A DNA stretch of 41,742 nt, the filler included, from an uncultured Candidatus Peribacteria bacterium (GTDB lineage: Bacteria > Patescibacteriota > Gracilibacteria > RBG-16-42-10), in the NCBI GenBank assembly GCA_964514565.1. It is 2 parts of 2 records of this genome, joined end to end, with 100 filler letters (N's around TTAATTAATTAA, not from the genome) between each part and the next. Parts side by side here need not be neighbours in the genome. Positions count along the whole stretch, not along the records: positions 1 to 27,043 come from CAZERA010000003.1; 1 more part is not named here. One strand, written 5' to 3'. Below the pieces are notes generated by a model. That model made no database searches, was not told where the DNA came from, and saw only the letters and a program-made list of their open reading frames with translations. The translations under genes and the position numbers were made by a program. Shown piece by piece: positions 1-8,582 of the stretch (position 1 is its first letter; every line of letters begins with the position of its first letter).

Positions 1-1
1 T

Positions 2-307
2 AAAGAACCAATGAATAGTAGTGCTCTTGAGGAAAGTATTAATAATCTGACCAGTATTCAAAATAAATTTAAAGATGTGGTTTTGGTGTCGCTCAAAAAT
101 GATACTACTAAGTATAGTATTTGGAGTGGGGTCAGTAACAAAGTGGATTCTTTCATCGCAGCTAGTAAAGATACCTGGCGTTTAGTTCGAGATAATACAT
201 CTTTACCTGAAAATCATGAGGGGTCACTTGATCAAGCAATTGAGCAATTTAATAATCTCGTGAGTAGCTACAATGTGACTAATAATATTCCGCAATATAG
301 ACTGTAG
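2..307 (+). CDS. hypothetical protein, 3' part (probably 5'-truncated by the window edge)
   Basis: The frame of ORF 11..307 stays open to the window start. It ends in TAG and has no recognisable motif. Confidence 0.6.
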   Translation, partial: KEPMNSSALEESINNLTSIQNKFKDVVLVSLKNDTTKYSIWSGVSNKVDSFIAASKDTWRLVRDNTSLPENHEGSLDQAIEQFNNLVSSYNVTNNIPQYRL

Positions 308-312
308 AAAAT

Positions 313-341
313 AGATCAGAGAGCAGAGGTCAGAGATTTTT
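313..341 (+). repeat. heptamer tandem repeat (GATCAGA/GAGCAGA/GGTCAGA)
   Basis: AGATCAGAGAGCAGAGGTCAGAGAT; 25 nt identical to the reverse complement of 5478-5502, with related copies at 38651 and 39371. Confidence 0.85.
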
Positions 342-342
342 C

Positions 343-487
343 GGGACTGCCTCGGATTGCCCGAGGGGCGTCATACCGATCCCTGCACCAGCAGGGGAGG
401 TGTAGTTGTCACTTCGATCTAAGGAGAGGTCATTCAAACTGCAGTAATTACAACATTGACTCGCCACCCACCAACACTCACCGTTGG
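343..487 (+). ncRNA. candidate structured RNA, family unknown
   Basis: GC-rich intergenic segment with several hairpins (cctcgg/ccgagg, ccctgc/gcaggg, tgtagttg/taattaca, gatct/aggtc, ccaac/gttgg). G-U pairs favour the + strand. Confidence 0.3.
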
Positions 488-552
488 TATCTGTTCAGGC
501 CATCAAAGTCCGTAAGAGTAATCTTGATTTCGAACTAATACACTTCACCACT

Positions 553-903
553 ATGCCCAGTGCTCTTTTCTTTCAATCATTTGCCGTTCCCATCCTTCTC
601 TTCTTTTTGATCATATGGATTGGTAGCAAGCCAGCGGAATATCCAGTTTGGCTTGGAAAGAAACCAATGAAAGTGCAGGCAAAAGTAGTAGAGATCAAAC
701 AACTACAACACACCACAAAGTCATTTGAGATCCTCACAGGTTATCAAGTGGAGTGCCTGTGGCTCAATCCTTATGATTCGACATCACAAATCTTTGTCAG
801 TGAGATTTTGCATGAAATGCCTTCAGTACAGAAAGACGACATCGTCGATGTTTATTTGAGTACGAAGGAGCTAGGTAGATACTATGTTAAGATCAGAGGT
901 TAA
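553..903 (+). CDS. small membrane protein (DUF3592-like)
   Basis: The in-frame ATG at 553 gives an N-terminal TM helix followed by a 'AKVVEIK...GYQVEC.W.NP...DIVDVY...RYYV' OB-like segment. Confidence 0.6.
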   Translation: MPSALFFQSFAVPILLFFLIIWIGSKPAEYPVWLGKKPMKVQAKVVEIKQLQHTTKSFEILTGYQVECLWLNPYDSTSQIFVSEILHEMPSVQKDDIVDVYLSTKELGRYYVKIRG

Positions 904-923
904 ATACAGCATGCTGTATTTTG
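902..923 (+). terminator. perfect 20-bp palindrome / probable terminator
   Basis: aaatacagca|tgctgtattt directly at the stop codon, followed by T-rich sequence. Confidence 0.5.
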
Positions 924-978
924 CTGTGGTTGTTATTTTTCTGGGCTAGGTTATAATCTGCTCTTTTTATATTAATAT

Positions 979-2079
979 ATGCGTTTGGAATCATTTAAAT
1001 CTTCAGCTGCTACATTAAGTTTTTTGCTCGGATGCGCTAATGCTGCTTCTGGTACTATTGGTGATGCTGGGACAGAAAATAGTGATGTGAATCAAGTAGA
1101 TGCTCCTACTGATCAAGAAACTGTAGTTGATCGTCCTGATGTGCTTGTAGCTGATGTTGGTTCATTGCCATTTAGCTTAGATCTTCAGCCATCTGCTTCA
1201 CGTGTATTAGCCAATCGTACTTTCGCTGTACTGGCTGACGTTCGTCAGGGGGCTCGGCTGGTACTAGGTCAAACAGTTCGTCTCACAACTGATCCAGATA
1301 TTACGTTGCCAAATGGGCCTGTCATGCAATCAATTTGTTTCCCTATCGTGGTAGAACATGATGTTGTTGCTATGAATAGAGTGTTGAGCCCAGCTAATAG
1401 TACTAGTTTGGTTGGTCAAGTTGCTATAACCTCAGACACCTGTCCTAATGGCTATCAGGATTCTGGTTTGAAAATTGCTTTGTTTCAAACCCCAACTATT
1501 GAGCCCACTGCGGATCGTGTGATTCATATTATTGGTAGTGTTGATGGCCATTTACCAACTGTCTCTAGTGAAACTGTTGCTTCATTTACACGTGCTACTG
1601 TATTTACTGATGCTTACTATATGGAAGTGGTAAGACCAGTTTTAACACCAGTTGCTGGTCAAGGATTTATGGCCGTAGTAATTCCTCAGACCCGAGATGG
1701 TTATGGGCTACCTTGTATGCCTTATTCAGGTACTACAAATGGAGAATCTTTTGATCAAGCTGGTTGTACTGTTGCTAATAATGGCGGCAGAGTAGTACCA
1801 ATCGAGCAAACTATTGCAATCAATCAAGAAAATGCTGCTATGTCGGCAGGAGCCTTAGTACTTGATGCCTCTAGTACTATTTTGGGAGTCGATGTTCAGT
1901 CTCGCGGTTTAGGTATTGATGGTCTCAATCCAAAAGTATTTACCCACCTTGGAGGCGGAGCTTACGCAATGACTATTCGAGCCGGATTGGCAGGGGACGC
2001 AGGTAGATGGTCAATAAGTTTAAGAGATAGTCATAATTTTTCGGTAGAAATTAATTTCAAAAGAGTAGCTATTCAGTAA
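979..2079 (+). CDS. hypothetical secreted/lipoprotein, beta-rich
   Basis: 366-aa ORF with N-terminal LLGC lipobox-like motif and acidic linker. TATAAT lies ~21 nt upstream. Confidence 0.7.
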   Translation: MRLESFKSSAATLSFLLGCANAASGTIGDAGTENSDVNQVDAPTDQETVVDRPDVLVADVGSLPFSLDLQPSASRVLANRTFAVLADVRQGARLVLGQTVRLTTDPDITLPNGPVMQSICFPIVVEHDVVAMNRVLSPANSTSLVGQVAITSDTCPNGYQDSGLKIALFQTPTIEPTADRVIHIIGSVDGHLPTVSSETVASFTRATVFTDAYYMEVVRPVLTPVAGQGFMAVVIPQTRDGYGLPCMPYSGTTNGESFDQAGCTVANNGGRVVPIEQTIAINQENAAMSAGALVLDASSTILGVDVQSRGLGIDGLNPKVFTHLGGGAYAMTIRAGLAGDAGRWSISLRDSHNFSVEINFKRVAIQ

Positions 2080-2164
2080 TAATTTCGTTTTATTATTACA
2101 TTAGATTCTTATATTTGTAGCGCTAAAGTGTAGTAATAGACAAGATCATTTTCTTCGTCAAACA

Positions 2165-2260
2165 ATGCTGCAATTTTTTAGCCGTCACAAAATAATGATG
2201 ATTGTCATCGTCGTCGTTATCTTAGTTGGAGGATACTTGTATTCAACCGGTAGTCAGTAA
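2165..2260 (+). CDS. 31-aa single-TM small protein (below ORF track cut-off)
   Basis: MLQFFSRHKIMMIVIVVVILVGGYLYSTGSQ*: basic N-terminus plus hydrophobic helix, followed at once by a long hairpin. Confidence 0.55.
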   Translation: MLQFFSRHKIMMIVIVVVILVGGYLYSTGSQ

Positions 2261-2263
2261 ACT

Positions 2264-2337
2264 TTAAATCGAAAATTGTGAATTCTAAATTGATGGTGAT
2301 TGCCGTCCAAATTTAGAATTTACGATTTAGATTTTAA
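2264..2337 (+). terminator. long heptamer-periodic hairpin
   Basis: aaattgtgaattctaaatt pairs with aatttagaatttacgattt (19 bp, 2 G-U). Inner stem gatgg/ccgtc. Confidence 0.6.
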
Positions 2338-2417
2338 AACTTACAATTCCCACTTAGCTTGGTATTCGTGCCATTTCATTTTCGTGATGGTATACTGAGA
2401 GTGAGTAACAAATTCTC

Positions 2418-2909
2418 ATGAGCATGATTGGCTATCTCAAGATGATCGATGACACTGACTTGCATCATTTGGATAGCGATCCTGCTCTTGTAGAGGAATT
2501 GATTGATCAGGATTGTGCCAAGTATGAGCTGCTTGAGATCGATAAAACCTGGGCAGCTTTGCACTTTGCCATTGCGGGCGATTTGTATCCTGATGGTGAT
2601 GCCCTTTTGTCCGGAGCGATTGTTGGTCAACACATTATTGATTTTGATTTAGCGTTTGGACCACCAGCTTTTTTGTTGCATGAAGAAGTAGAAAAATTGT
2701 CTGAGCAATTGGAACAAATGAGTTTAGAAGATATTGAGTCTGCTCTTCGCAGTGAGCGATTCAAAGAATCAGATATCTATCCTTTCTCTGAGCTAGAAGA
2801 ATCAGAAGATGGAATCGTGGCGTATGTTTTACCTTACTTTGATCAGCTGCAAGCTTTTTATCGCTTGGCAGCAGAGAAGGGGAAGGGCGTTTTGATTTGG
2901 ATTATGTAG
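2418..2909 (+). CDS. YfbM / DUF1877 family protein
   Basis: MSMIG start, 'IDKTWAALHF', 'GPPAFL', 'IYP', C-terminal 'FYRLAAEKGKGVL'. Confidence 0.85.
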   Translation: MSMIGYLKMIDDTDLHHLDSDPALVEELIDQDCAKYELLEIDKTWAALHFAIAGDLYPDGDALLSGAIVGQHIIDFDLAFGPPAFLLHEEVEKLSEQLEQMSLEDIESALRSERFKESDIYPFSELEESEDGIVAYVLPYFDQLQAFYRLAAEKGKGVLIWIM

Positions 2910-2915
2910 CTTTGT

Positions 2916-3641
2916 ATGTCTACACCAAATACAGTAAAGCGAGCGATACTGACCAAGCTGCTCAAGTCAGAAAAACTGCGTTATGGTGATATTCGTTCGC
3001 CAGAGATTGATAATGATTTGTTCAATTACCATCTCCAACACTTGGTGAAGCTGGGCCTAGTAGATAAGCATGACAAAGAATATAGCTTGAGTGCTTTGGG
3101 GCGTTATGAAGTGGCTGAACAAAATCCTCTTAGTCTCCAAGGGGACGTAGTCGATCGTTTCAAAATTAATGTGCTTACTATTGTGCTGCGCCGAGAAGCA
3201 GGGGAGTTGCAGGTCTTACTGCAGCGTCGTAAGAAGCATCCATTCTTCAATACGGTGGCTATTATGGGAGGTGTAATCCATAAAGGAGAAATGCTGACAG
3301 ATGCTGCTTCAGCTCGACTACAAATGAAGACAGGATTGACTGGTCAATTTACCCTCTGTGGTTTGTGGAGGAATGTAAATTTGGATAAAACAGGTCTACT
3401 AGTATTGGAAGATATTTTGTTTCATGTCTGTTGTACTGATCAGTATCAAGGGGTGTTGCTGGATAGTACTGAACATGGTGAAAACTTTTGGTGTTCGCTA
3501 GCTGAAGCAATTAAAATTCATCAGGAGCATCCTGGTTCATTTCACCATCTTGTCCCTTTTTTACAGTCACTCCAAACCACAGATTTCCGTACTCAGCCAC
3601 TTTTCTACTGGGAGCACAAACAAACGATCCAGGATTTTTAG
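2916..3641 (+). CDS. winged-helix + Nudix-fold protein, probable regulator
   Basis: N-terminal 'FNYHLQHLVKLGLV...YSLS..G' wHTH; degenerate Nudix box GGVIHKGE...ARLQMKTGL. Confidence 0.75.
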   Translation: MSTPNTVKRAILTKLLKSEKLRYGDIRSPEIDNDLFNYHLQHLVKLGLVDKHDKEYSLSALGRYEVAEQNPLSLQGDVVDRFKINVLTIVLRREAGELQVLLQRRKKHPFFNTVAIMGGVIHKGEMLTDAASARLQMKTGLTGQFTLCGLWRNVNLDKTGLLVLEDILFHVCCTDQYQGVLLDSTEHGENFWCSLAEAIKIHQEHPGSFHHLVPFLQSLQTTDFRTQPLFYWEHKQTIQDF

Positions 3642-3715
3642 TTGTCAACAGAAAGCAGTTTCACTAGTTTTTAGGGAGAGCTAAGCTAGAGTGGAGCTGA
3701 TTTAACAATCCATGT

Positions 3716-4117
3716 ATGCAATTACAAGTAGGTGTCAAAGTATATCTCCGCAGTCCAGCTGGAAAGTATCTTTTATTGGAACGTTCAGCTAGCAAATATC
3801 CAGAGGTCAAAGATCGTTGGGATATTGTCGGTGGGCGAATTGAGATTGGTACTCCTTTGCTTACCAATTTGGCCCGCGAAGTATTGGAGGAAACTAAACT
3901 GACTATTACTAGTGAGCCAAAGCTTATTGCTGCGCAAGATATTTTGCGGATTGCAGACCGTCATGTGGTGCGGTTAACGTACGTAGCAGAAATAACTGAA
4001 ACAACACCTACTCTTGATGAGGAGCATGATAATTTTGGTTGGTTCACACTCGACGAACTAAATAGTTTAGAAGGGTTTGATCAGTATGCCAAAGCAATTC
4101 TGCCTTTGTTAAAATAA
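3716..4117 (+). CDS. Nudix hydrolase
   Basis: WDIVGGRIE...AREVLEETKL Nudix box; 'EHDNFGW' C-terminal motif. Confidence 0.9.
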   Translation: MQLQVGVKVYLRSPAGKYLLLERSASKYPEVKDRWDIVGGRIEIGTPLLTNLAREVLEETKLTITSEPKLIAAQDILRIADRHVVRLTYVAEITETTPTLDEEHDNFGWFTLDELNSLEGFDQYAKAILPLLK

Positions 4118-4137
4118 TACCGAGTGCGGCCTCGGTA
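4118..4137 (+). terminator. hairpin after Nudix gene
   Basis: taccgag-tgcggc-ctcggta directly after the stop; T-run ~13 nt later. Confidence 0.4.
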
Positions 4138-4189
4138 GATCGTGAGCCTCTTTTTCATATACTGGCTAGTAAATTAAATTTTTACTTAT

Positions 4190-5437
4190 ATGTATATCGA
4201 AAAAGATGGTTTGCAGATTCCTTTAGAAAGAGTCAGTGATGGCACTTTGCAGAAACTGGCAATTCCTGTTGCCGTAGTGGATACACTGACTACTTTGCCA
4301 GTTTCTGTTCAAGTAGAGTTGTTGATTGAATATGCCAAGCGATTTCGTTTATCGGAGGCGCAATTTGATTTAGTCATTACCCATGCGCGACCAAGTCAGT
4401 GGAAACTTTTTGGTAAAGCTTGTGACCAGTGGGGAACAATTTACAAAAGGATAAAACCGATCGCCGAAGCTGATCCTACTAGCTGGTCAGCTTTGTTTGA
4501 CTTTATGGTAGCTGCCAATTGGTATCCGCTTACTGTGGATTTTGTAAACGAGTATATCTACCGATCGGAAGTCTCGCCATCATTTCGTCAATATATGTTG
4601 CAGTATGTCAGTGATACTTGTTTAGGAAAACTTAAGGCTGGTGGTAGAGTATATGACTATGAGAGCCGGCTATTGGATGAGGCTTTGGCTATGCATCTGA
4701 GCGATGATCCTCGACTGTGTAGTGAAGCTACTTTCCGTGACCGTTTACAAATTGCCCAGGTACTTAAGAATGTTGGACATATGAAACTTTTATGGGAAGG
4801 AAAGTTTAGCCAAGTTGCTAGTTGGGATTCGTCTGATTTTGGTGAAGATGACGATCGGGCTGAGAGTTTGGAAAAGCTCTATCTTGAAGCAGTGGCTATG
4901 CTACCTGAATGTGCTGAGCACTTTGCTGATGTAGCTATTAATGCTTTGCTAAAAACTGGTCGGAAGTTTATGACTGCCACTTTAGCTAGCAAGCTTGGCC
5001 GTAGTGCTTTGGCAGTGAAACTCTATCGCGAACGCAAAGATCAGTTACTGGAAAGAAAAGATCCATTCACAGGTTGGGATCGTGACAAAGTAGGGGAATG
5101 TGCGTATTTGGCAGGGGAATATAGTGCTGCATATGGCTATTTCTTACTAACTGATAACGACGAAGGTATGTTCAAATCAGCTTGGGAATTTGATCAACCA
5201 AAAGCAATCGAGATTGCTAAGCGTATCGCAGCAAAGGCAATCAGCGACCCAGACACCGCTCTCCACAGAGCCTTAACAATCTGTCTCAAAGCAGGCATCC
5301 CTGAAGCAACTCAGGTATACGCAGTAGCTATCAAACAAGCAGAATCCACCGGCTCCCTAGCCAAAGCACTTTCCCTAGCAAAAGAGTACAGCGACCAAGA
5401 ACGCATAACTCGCTACCAGCTATTGTTAAACCTTTAA
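4190..5437 (+). CDS. hypothetical alpha-helical repeat (TPR-like) protein
   Basis: 415-aa ORF with Ala/Leu-rich helical pattern such as 'GECAYLAGEYSAAYGYF'. Confidence 0.65.
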   Translation: MYIEKDGLQIPLERVSDGTLQKLAIPVAVVDTLTTLPVSVQVELLIEYAKRFRLSEAQFDLVITHARPSQWKLFGKACDQWGTIYKRIKPIAEADPTSWSALFDFMVAANWYPLTVDFVNEYIYRSEVSPSFRQYMLQYVSDTCLGKLKAGGRVYDYESRLLDEALAMHLSDDPRLCSEATFRDRLQIAQVLKNVGHMKLLWEGKFSQVASWDSSDFGEDDDRAESLEKLYLEAVAMLPECAEHFADVAINALLKTGRKFMTATLASKLGRSALAVKLYRERKDQLLERKDPFTGWDRDKVGECAYLAGEYSAAYGYFLLTDNDEGMFKSAWEFDQPKAIEIAKRIAAKAISDPDTALHRALTICLKAGIPEATQVYAVAIKQAESTGSLAKALSLAKEYSDQERITRYQLLLNL

Positions 5438-5465
5438 CCTCCTTATTTCCCTTAACTTTCTCCGC

Positions 5466-5555
5466 AAAAAATCTCTGATCTCTGACCTCTGCTCTCTGAT
5501 CTCCTTCCCACCTCCCCCCCAAAAAACCTTTGCCCTCGCACCTCTGACCTTTGCC
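5466..5555 (-). repeat. two heptamer repeat tracts
   Basis: 5466-5502 is the reverse complement of GATCAGA-GAGCAGA-GGTCAGA-GATCAGA; 5528-5555 reads CTTTGCC-CTCGCAC-CTCTGAC-CTTTGCC. Confidence 0.8.
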
Positions 5556-5611
5556 CTATCTTTGCATCTTTCATGTATTATTATACTATCCAATCAGATA
5601 TCTATTTATTT

Positions 5612-6184
5612 ATGAATCCAGAAGGAATTGCTTTAACTAACGTCAAAAACAAAGTAGCTGAATACAAGGCTGGCATCGATGCTTTGTATCAGGAAAGTCT
5701 AGCATTGGCAGATAGTAGTTGGGATGTTACTGAACTAGCTATTGCTATCCGTGATGCAGGCAACTTGATTAATCAAGATCTCGCCCGGTTTCCTGATGAT
5801 GGTCACAGTATGGTGCGGGTGGTGATGCGTCCTAGTTTTACTACTGTGGAGGCAGCTATTGCTGAGCTTACCAAAAAATTTGCAACCAATACTTTTGCTG
5901 TGGCACTGGGGGCTATGCGTATTTATCTGGAGCCTGGAAACAAGGTTGCGGTTGATGATGAAAAATTAGATCCATCGATCGATTTGACTCTGGCAATCCC
6001 AGATCCAAAAATGCAACCTGAGAATCTCATTGGCATTACCCATTTACCAAAAGAGATTGCCTATCTCCTTTTTGCTGATAAGTTTTGGCATGGCCAAGAG
6101 TGGGCTATGCTTACTACTGCTGAGCGCCAACTAATTGACCTTATTCTTTGTCCACAGCGTACACCTTTGGTTGGAGCAGCTTAA
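5612..6184 (+). CDS. hypothetical protein
   Basis: ORF 5573..6184. The ATG at 5612 (MNPEG) after an AT-rich leader is the more plausible start. Confidence 0.65.
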   Translation: MNPEGIALTNVKNKVAEYKAGIDALYQESLALADSSWDVTELAIAIRDAGNLINQDLARFPDDGHSMVRVVMRPSFTTVEAAIAELTKKFATNTFAVALGAMRIYLEPGNKVAVDDEKLDPSIDLTLAIPDPKMQPENLIGITHLPKEIAYLLFADKFWHGQEWAMLTTAERQLIDLILCPQRTPLVGAA

Positions 6185-6963
6185 GGATTTAATCTCTGTA
6201 GTACGGTTGTTAGTTTGCGGTCTTGTTGGTCTACTTCCTCAGGGCTGTTTGGTAGTAGACCCAACTGGCGGGCTTGATGGATCATCATCTCAGCTACTTT
6301 ATGTTTAGCGATTGTGAGATCAGCTCTGTTTTCTTCGATGAATGCAGCTACTACTTGATCGCGATTTGCAGCACTACAGAGATCGGGAAAGAGCTGTAAT
6401 GCTAGTAAGGAAGGAAATGCGTTATTGCTTAATGGGGGCTTGTGGACTTTTGCAGTAGGATCTTTTCTCCTTGCATGATCTTCAGCTTTTTGTGCTAGGT
6501 AATCTGTATACTCTCCTAGCACTTTTTGAAAAAACTGATCCACTTGTTTTTGAATCCAAGCTTGTTTTGTGGCAGCATCTGCTGATCCAATCTTTTGTAA
6601 ATCTCTTACTGACTTCTCAGCATATAACTTTTTTGCCTTGGCTAATTCCAATCCAGATCTTAGTTCTAGCATCTTGTCAGACTCCCTCAGGAGGGGCTTG
6701 GTCTCAGGCAGATTTGCGGTGCTGATTGTGCCTGTCCCATCTGGTAAAGTCATTCGTTCAGAAACAGGTTGTAATGGCTCAATTGCTTTTGGTATCCGAG
6801 GTGTGATCAATATGCTTTCAGCTGCAGCTCTTGTTAATTCTATTTCTAATCGTTCGTATTCAGCTTTGAGTGGAGCTATTTTAGATTGTAATTCTTCTAT
6901 AGCATGACCGTAGAGGATGGTCCATTGATCTTTGTGTTGTAGTTCTTCAATTGCTTCAGTCAT
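6181..6963 (-). CDS. hypothetical coiled-coil protein
   Basis: 260-aa ORF with heptad-like helical composition. Its stop overlaps the convergent gene at TTAA. Confidence 0.65.
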   Translation of the reverse strand: MTEAIEELQHKDQWTILYGHAIEELQSKIAPLKAEYERLEIELTRAAAESILITPRIPKAIEPLQPVSERMTLPDGTGTISTANLPETKPLLRESDKMLELRSGLELAKAKKLYAEKSVRDLQKIGSADAATKQAWIQKQVDQFFQKVLGEYTDYLAQKAEDHARRKDPTAKVHKPPLSNNAFPSLLALQLFPDLCSAANRDQVVAAFIEENRADLTIAKHKVAEMMIHQARQLGLLPNSPEEVDQQDRKLTTVLQRLNP

Positions 6964-7072
6964 AACACTTTATTTATTGATAGTACTTAAACATAATTGA
7001 TCAAGCGAAGCTACACAAGAGATGATTGCAAAAGTGAGAATGTTTGGGATAATCAACTCCTTAGCAATTTAT

Positions 7073-7666
7073 ATGGAAGTAGTCAGACAACGTCCTTTGG
7101 TTATAGCAGGTCCTTCAGGAGTTGGGAAAAGCTTTTTAGCCCAACAGTTACTGGCTAGAAGTGAGATCTTTGAGATGCTTTTGTCTACAACCACACGACC
7201 CCGTCGTTCTGCTGAAGTTGATGGAGTAGATATGCGTTTTGTCAGTACGGAGCGTTATGCTGAGATTCAAGCAGCAGCGAATTTCTTTATGGATAACACG
7301 TTTTTTGGTCAGCACTATGGCTATGAGAGGCCGCTGATTGAAGGAGTACTGAATCACGGCAATATTCCGGTTGCTTTAGTTTACGCGCCTGTGGTGGACC
7401 AGTTTGTACAAGCTTATCCTGAGAGCACTACTTTATTTTTGAATCCGGGTGATATTGGGTTATTACGAAAACGTATGGAACAACGAGGTGATGCTCCTGC
7501 AAGTATTGCTGGTCGAATGGCTGGGATTGAAAAAGAAATGGCTGCTTTTGAGAAAGATCGTGTACTCTATCAAGAGGTAGTTGATGTACGTGATAATACT
7601 GCCACTGAAGAAGCTATTGCCCGCATTGCCTTGAGATACAATTTAAGTAATTTGTTAAAAACTTAA
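7073..7666 (+). CDS. gmk: guanylate kinase-like protein
   Basis: P-loop GPSGVGKS, STTTRPRR..EVDGVD..FVS, HYG, 'LRKRMEQRG'. Start refined to ATG 7073. Confidence 0.8.
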   Translation: MEVVRQRPLVIAGPSGVGKSFLAQQLLARSEIFEMLLSTTTRPRRSAEVDGVDMRFVSTERYAEIQAAANFFMDNTFFGQHYGYERPLIEGVLNHGNIPVALVYAPVVDQFVQAYPESTTLFLNPGDIGLLRKRMEQRGDAPASIAGRMAGIEKEMAAFEKDRVLYQEVVDVRDNTATEEAIARIALRYNLSNLLKT

Positions 7667-8439
7667 ATAAATTGGAGCAATACGACTACACCAATAATGA
7701 TTCTGTAGTAAGCGAATAAGTTGAGTCCGTGTTTCTTGAGGAATGTTAGTAGGAAGTGAATGGACAAAATACCCACTACAAATGCTGCGAGTGTACCGAT
7801 GGTTAGTTCTAAGCCGATTCCTTTTGGTAAGCCTACTTTGAGGACATCGTACAGTTTCTTGAGACCAGAAAGCGTAATGACTGGAATAGAAAGATAAAAA
7901 GAAAATCTGGCGGCTGTTTCTCTGCTGAGCTTATTCATCCTCGCTGCCATGATTGTGGCACCAGAACGTGAAAAACCTGGAAAGAAGGCGAGACATTGAG
8001 CGAGACCGATAGTTAGTCCTTCTTTGGCTCCAATACTCTCGATATTTTTGTTGCCAGTTTTGTAGAAGTATTCTACCAATAAGAAAAGAATTGCACCGAT
8101 GATTAGTACTACTGCTACAACTTGTGGTGTGCGTAGATAGAGATCAATATATTTTTCTACTACCAAACCAATCGCTAAAGCGGGGATTGTTCCGAGCACA
8201 ATAGCCCAGACCAATTTAGTTTTTTTATGAAAGAAGTCCTGAACCATCTGCCAAAGCTCAGGGCCAAAGTAAATATAAACAGCTATTATAGCGCCTAACT
8301 GTAAGATAGCATCTACTGCTAGCGGATCAGTAGTTTGTAAGCCAAAGAAATATCTTGCTAAAATCAAATGACCAGTGGAAGAAATGGGCAAAAATTCGGT
8401 AAAACCCTCAATAATGCCCAAAAGAATAAAAGTAATCAT
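7663..8439 (-). CDS. uppP: undecaprenyl-diphosphate phosphatase (BacA)
   Basis: GIIEGFTEFLPISSTGHL and PGFSRSGATI signature motifs. Confidence 0.95.
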   Translation of the reverse strand: MITFILLGIIEGFTEFLPISSTGHLILARYFFGLQTTDPLAVDAILQLGAIIAVYIYFGPELWQMVQDFFHKKTKLVWAIVLGTIPALAIGLVVEKYIDLYLRTPQVVAVVLIIGAILFLLVEYFYKTGNKNIESIGAKEGLTIGLAQCLAFFPGFSRSGATIMAARMNKLSRETAARFSFYLSIPVITLSGLKKLYDVLKVGLPKGIGLELTIGTLAAFVVGILSIHFLLTFLKKHGLNLFAYYRIIIGVVVLLQFI

Positions 8440-8534
8440 AATTAGTTCCTGAAATGTATGCGTTTGTTAGAAATGAACTTGTTACCTCTCCATCGTGCTC
8501 GCTAGTTGCCACTTCGTATAGCTTTCTTGATTCT

Positions 8535-8562
8535 TTCCACTTTCCACTTTCAATTTTCAATT
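8535..8562 (+). repeat. heptamer tandem repeat
   Basis: TTTCCAC TTTCCAC TTTCAAT TTTCAAT upstream of the permease. Confidence 0.7.
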
Positions 8563-8582
8563 CCTGATAATATTGCTAGTAT

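Noticed and set aside
5331..5522. Short ORFs over repeat tracts or antisense to real genes (e.g. 5331, 6471, 6569, 11411, 12340, 28218, 28628, 36200, 38630, 40334)
   Set aside because: They overlap well-supported genes or simple repeats and lack family motifs.
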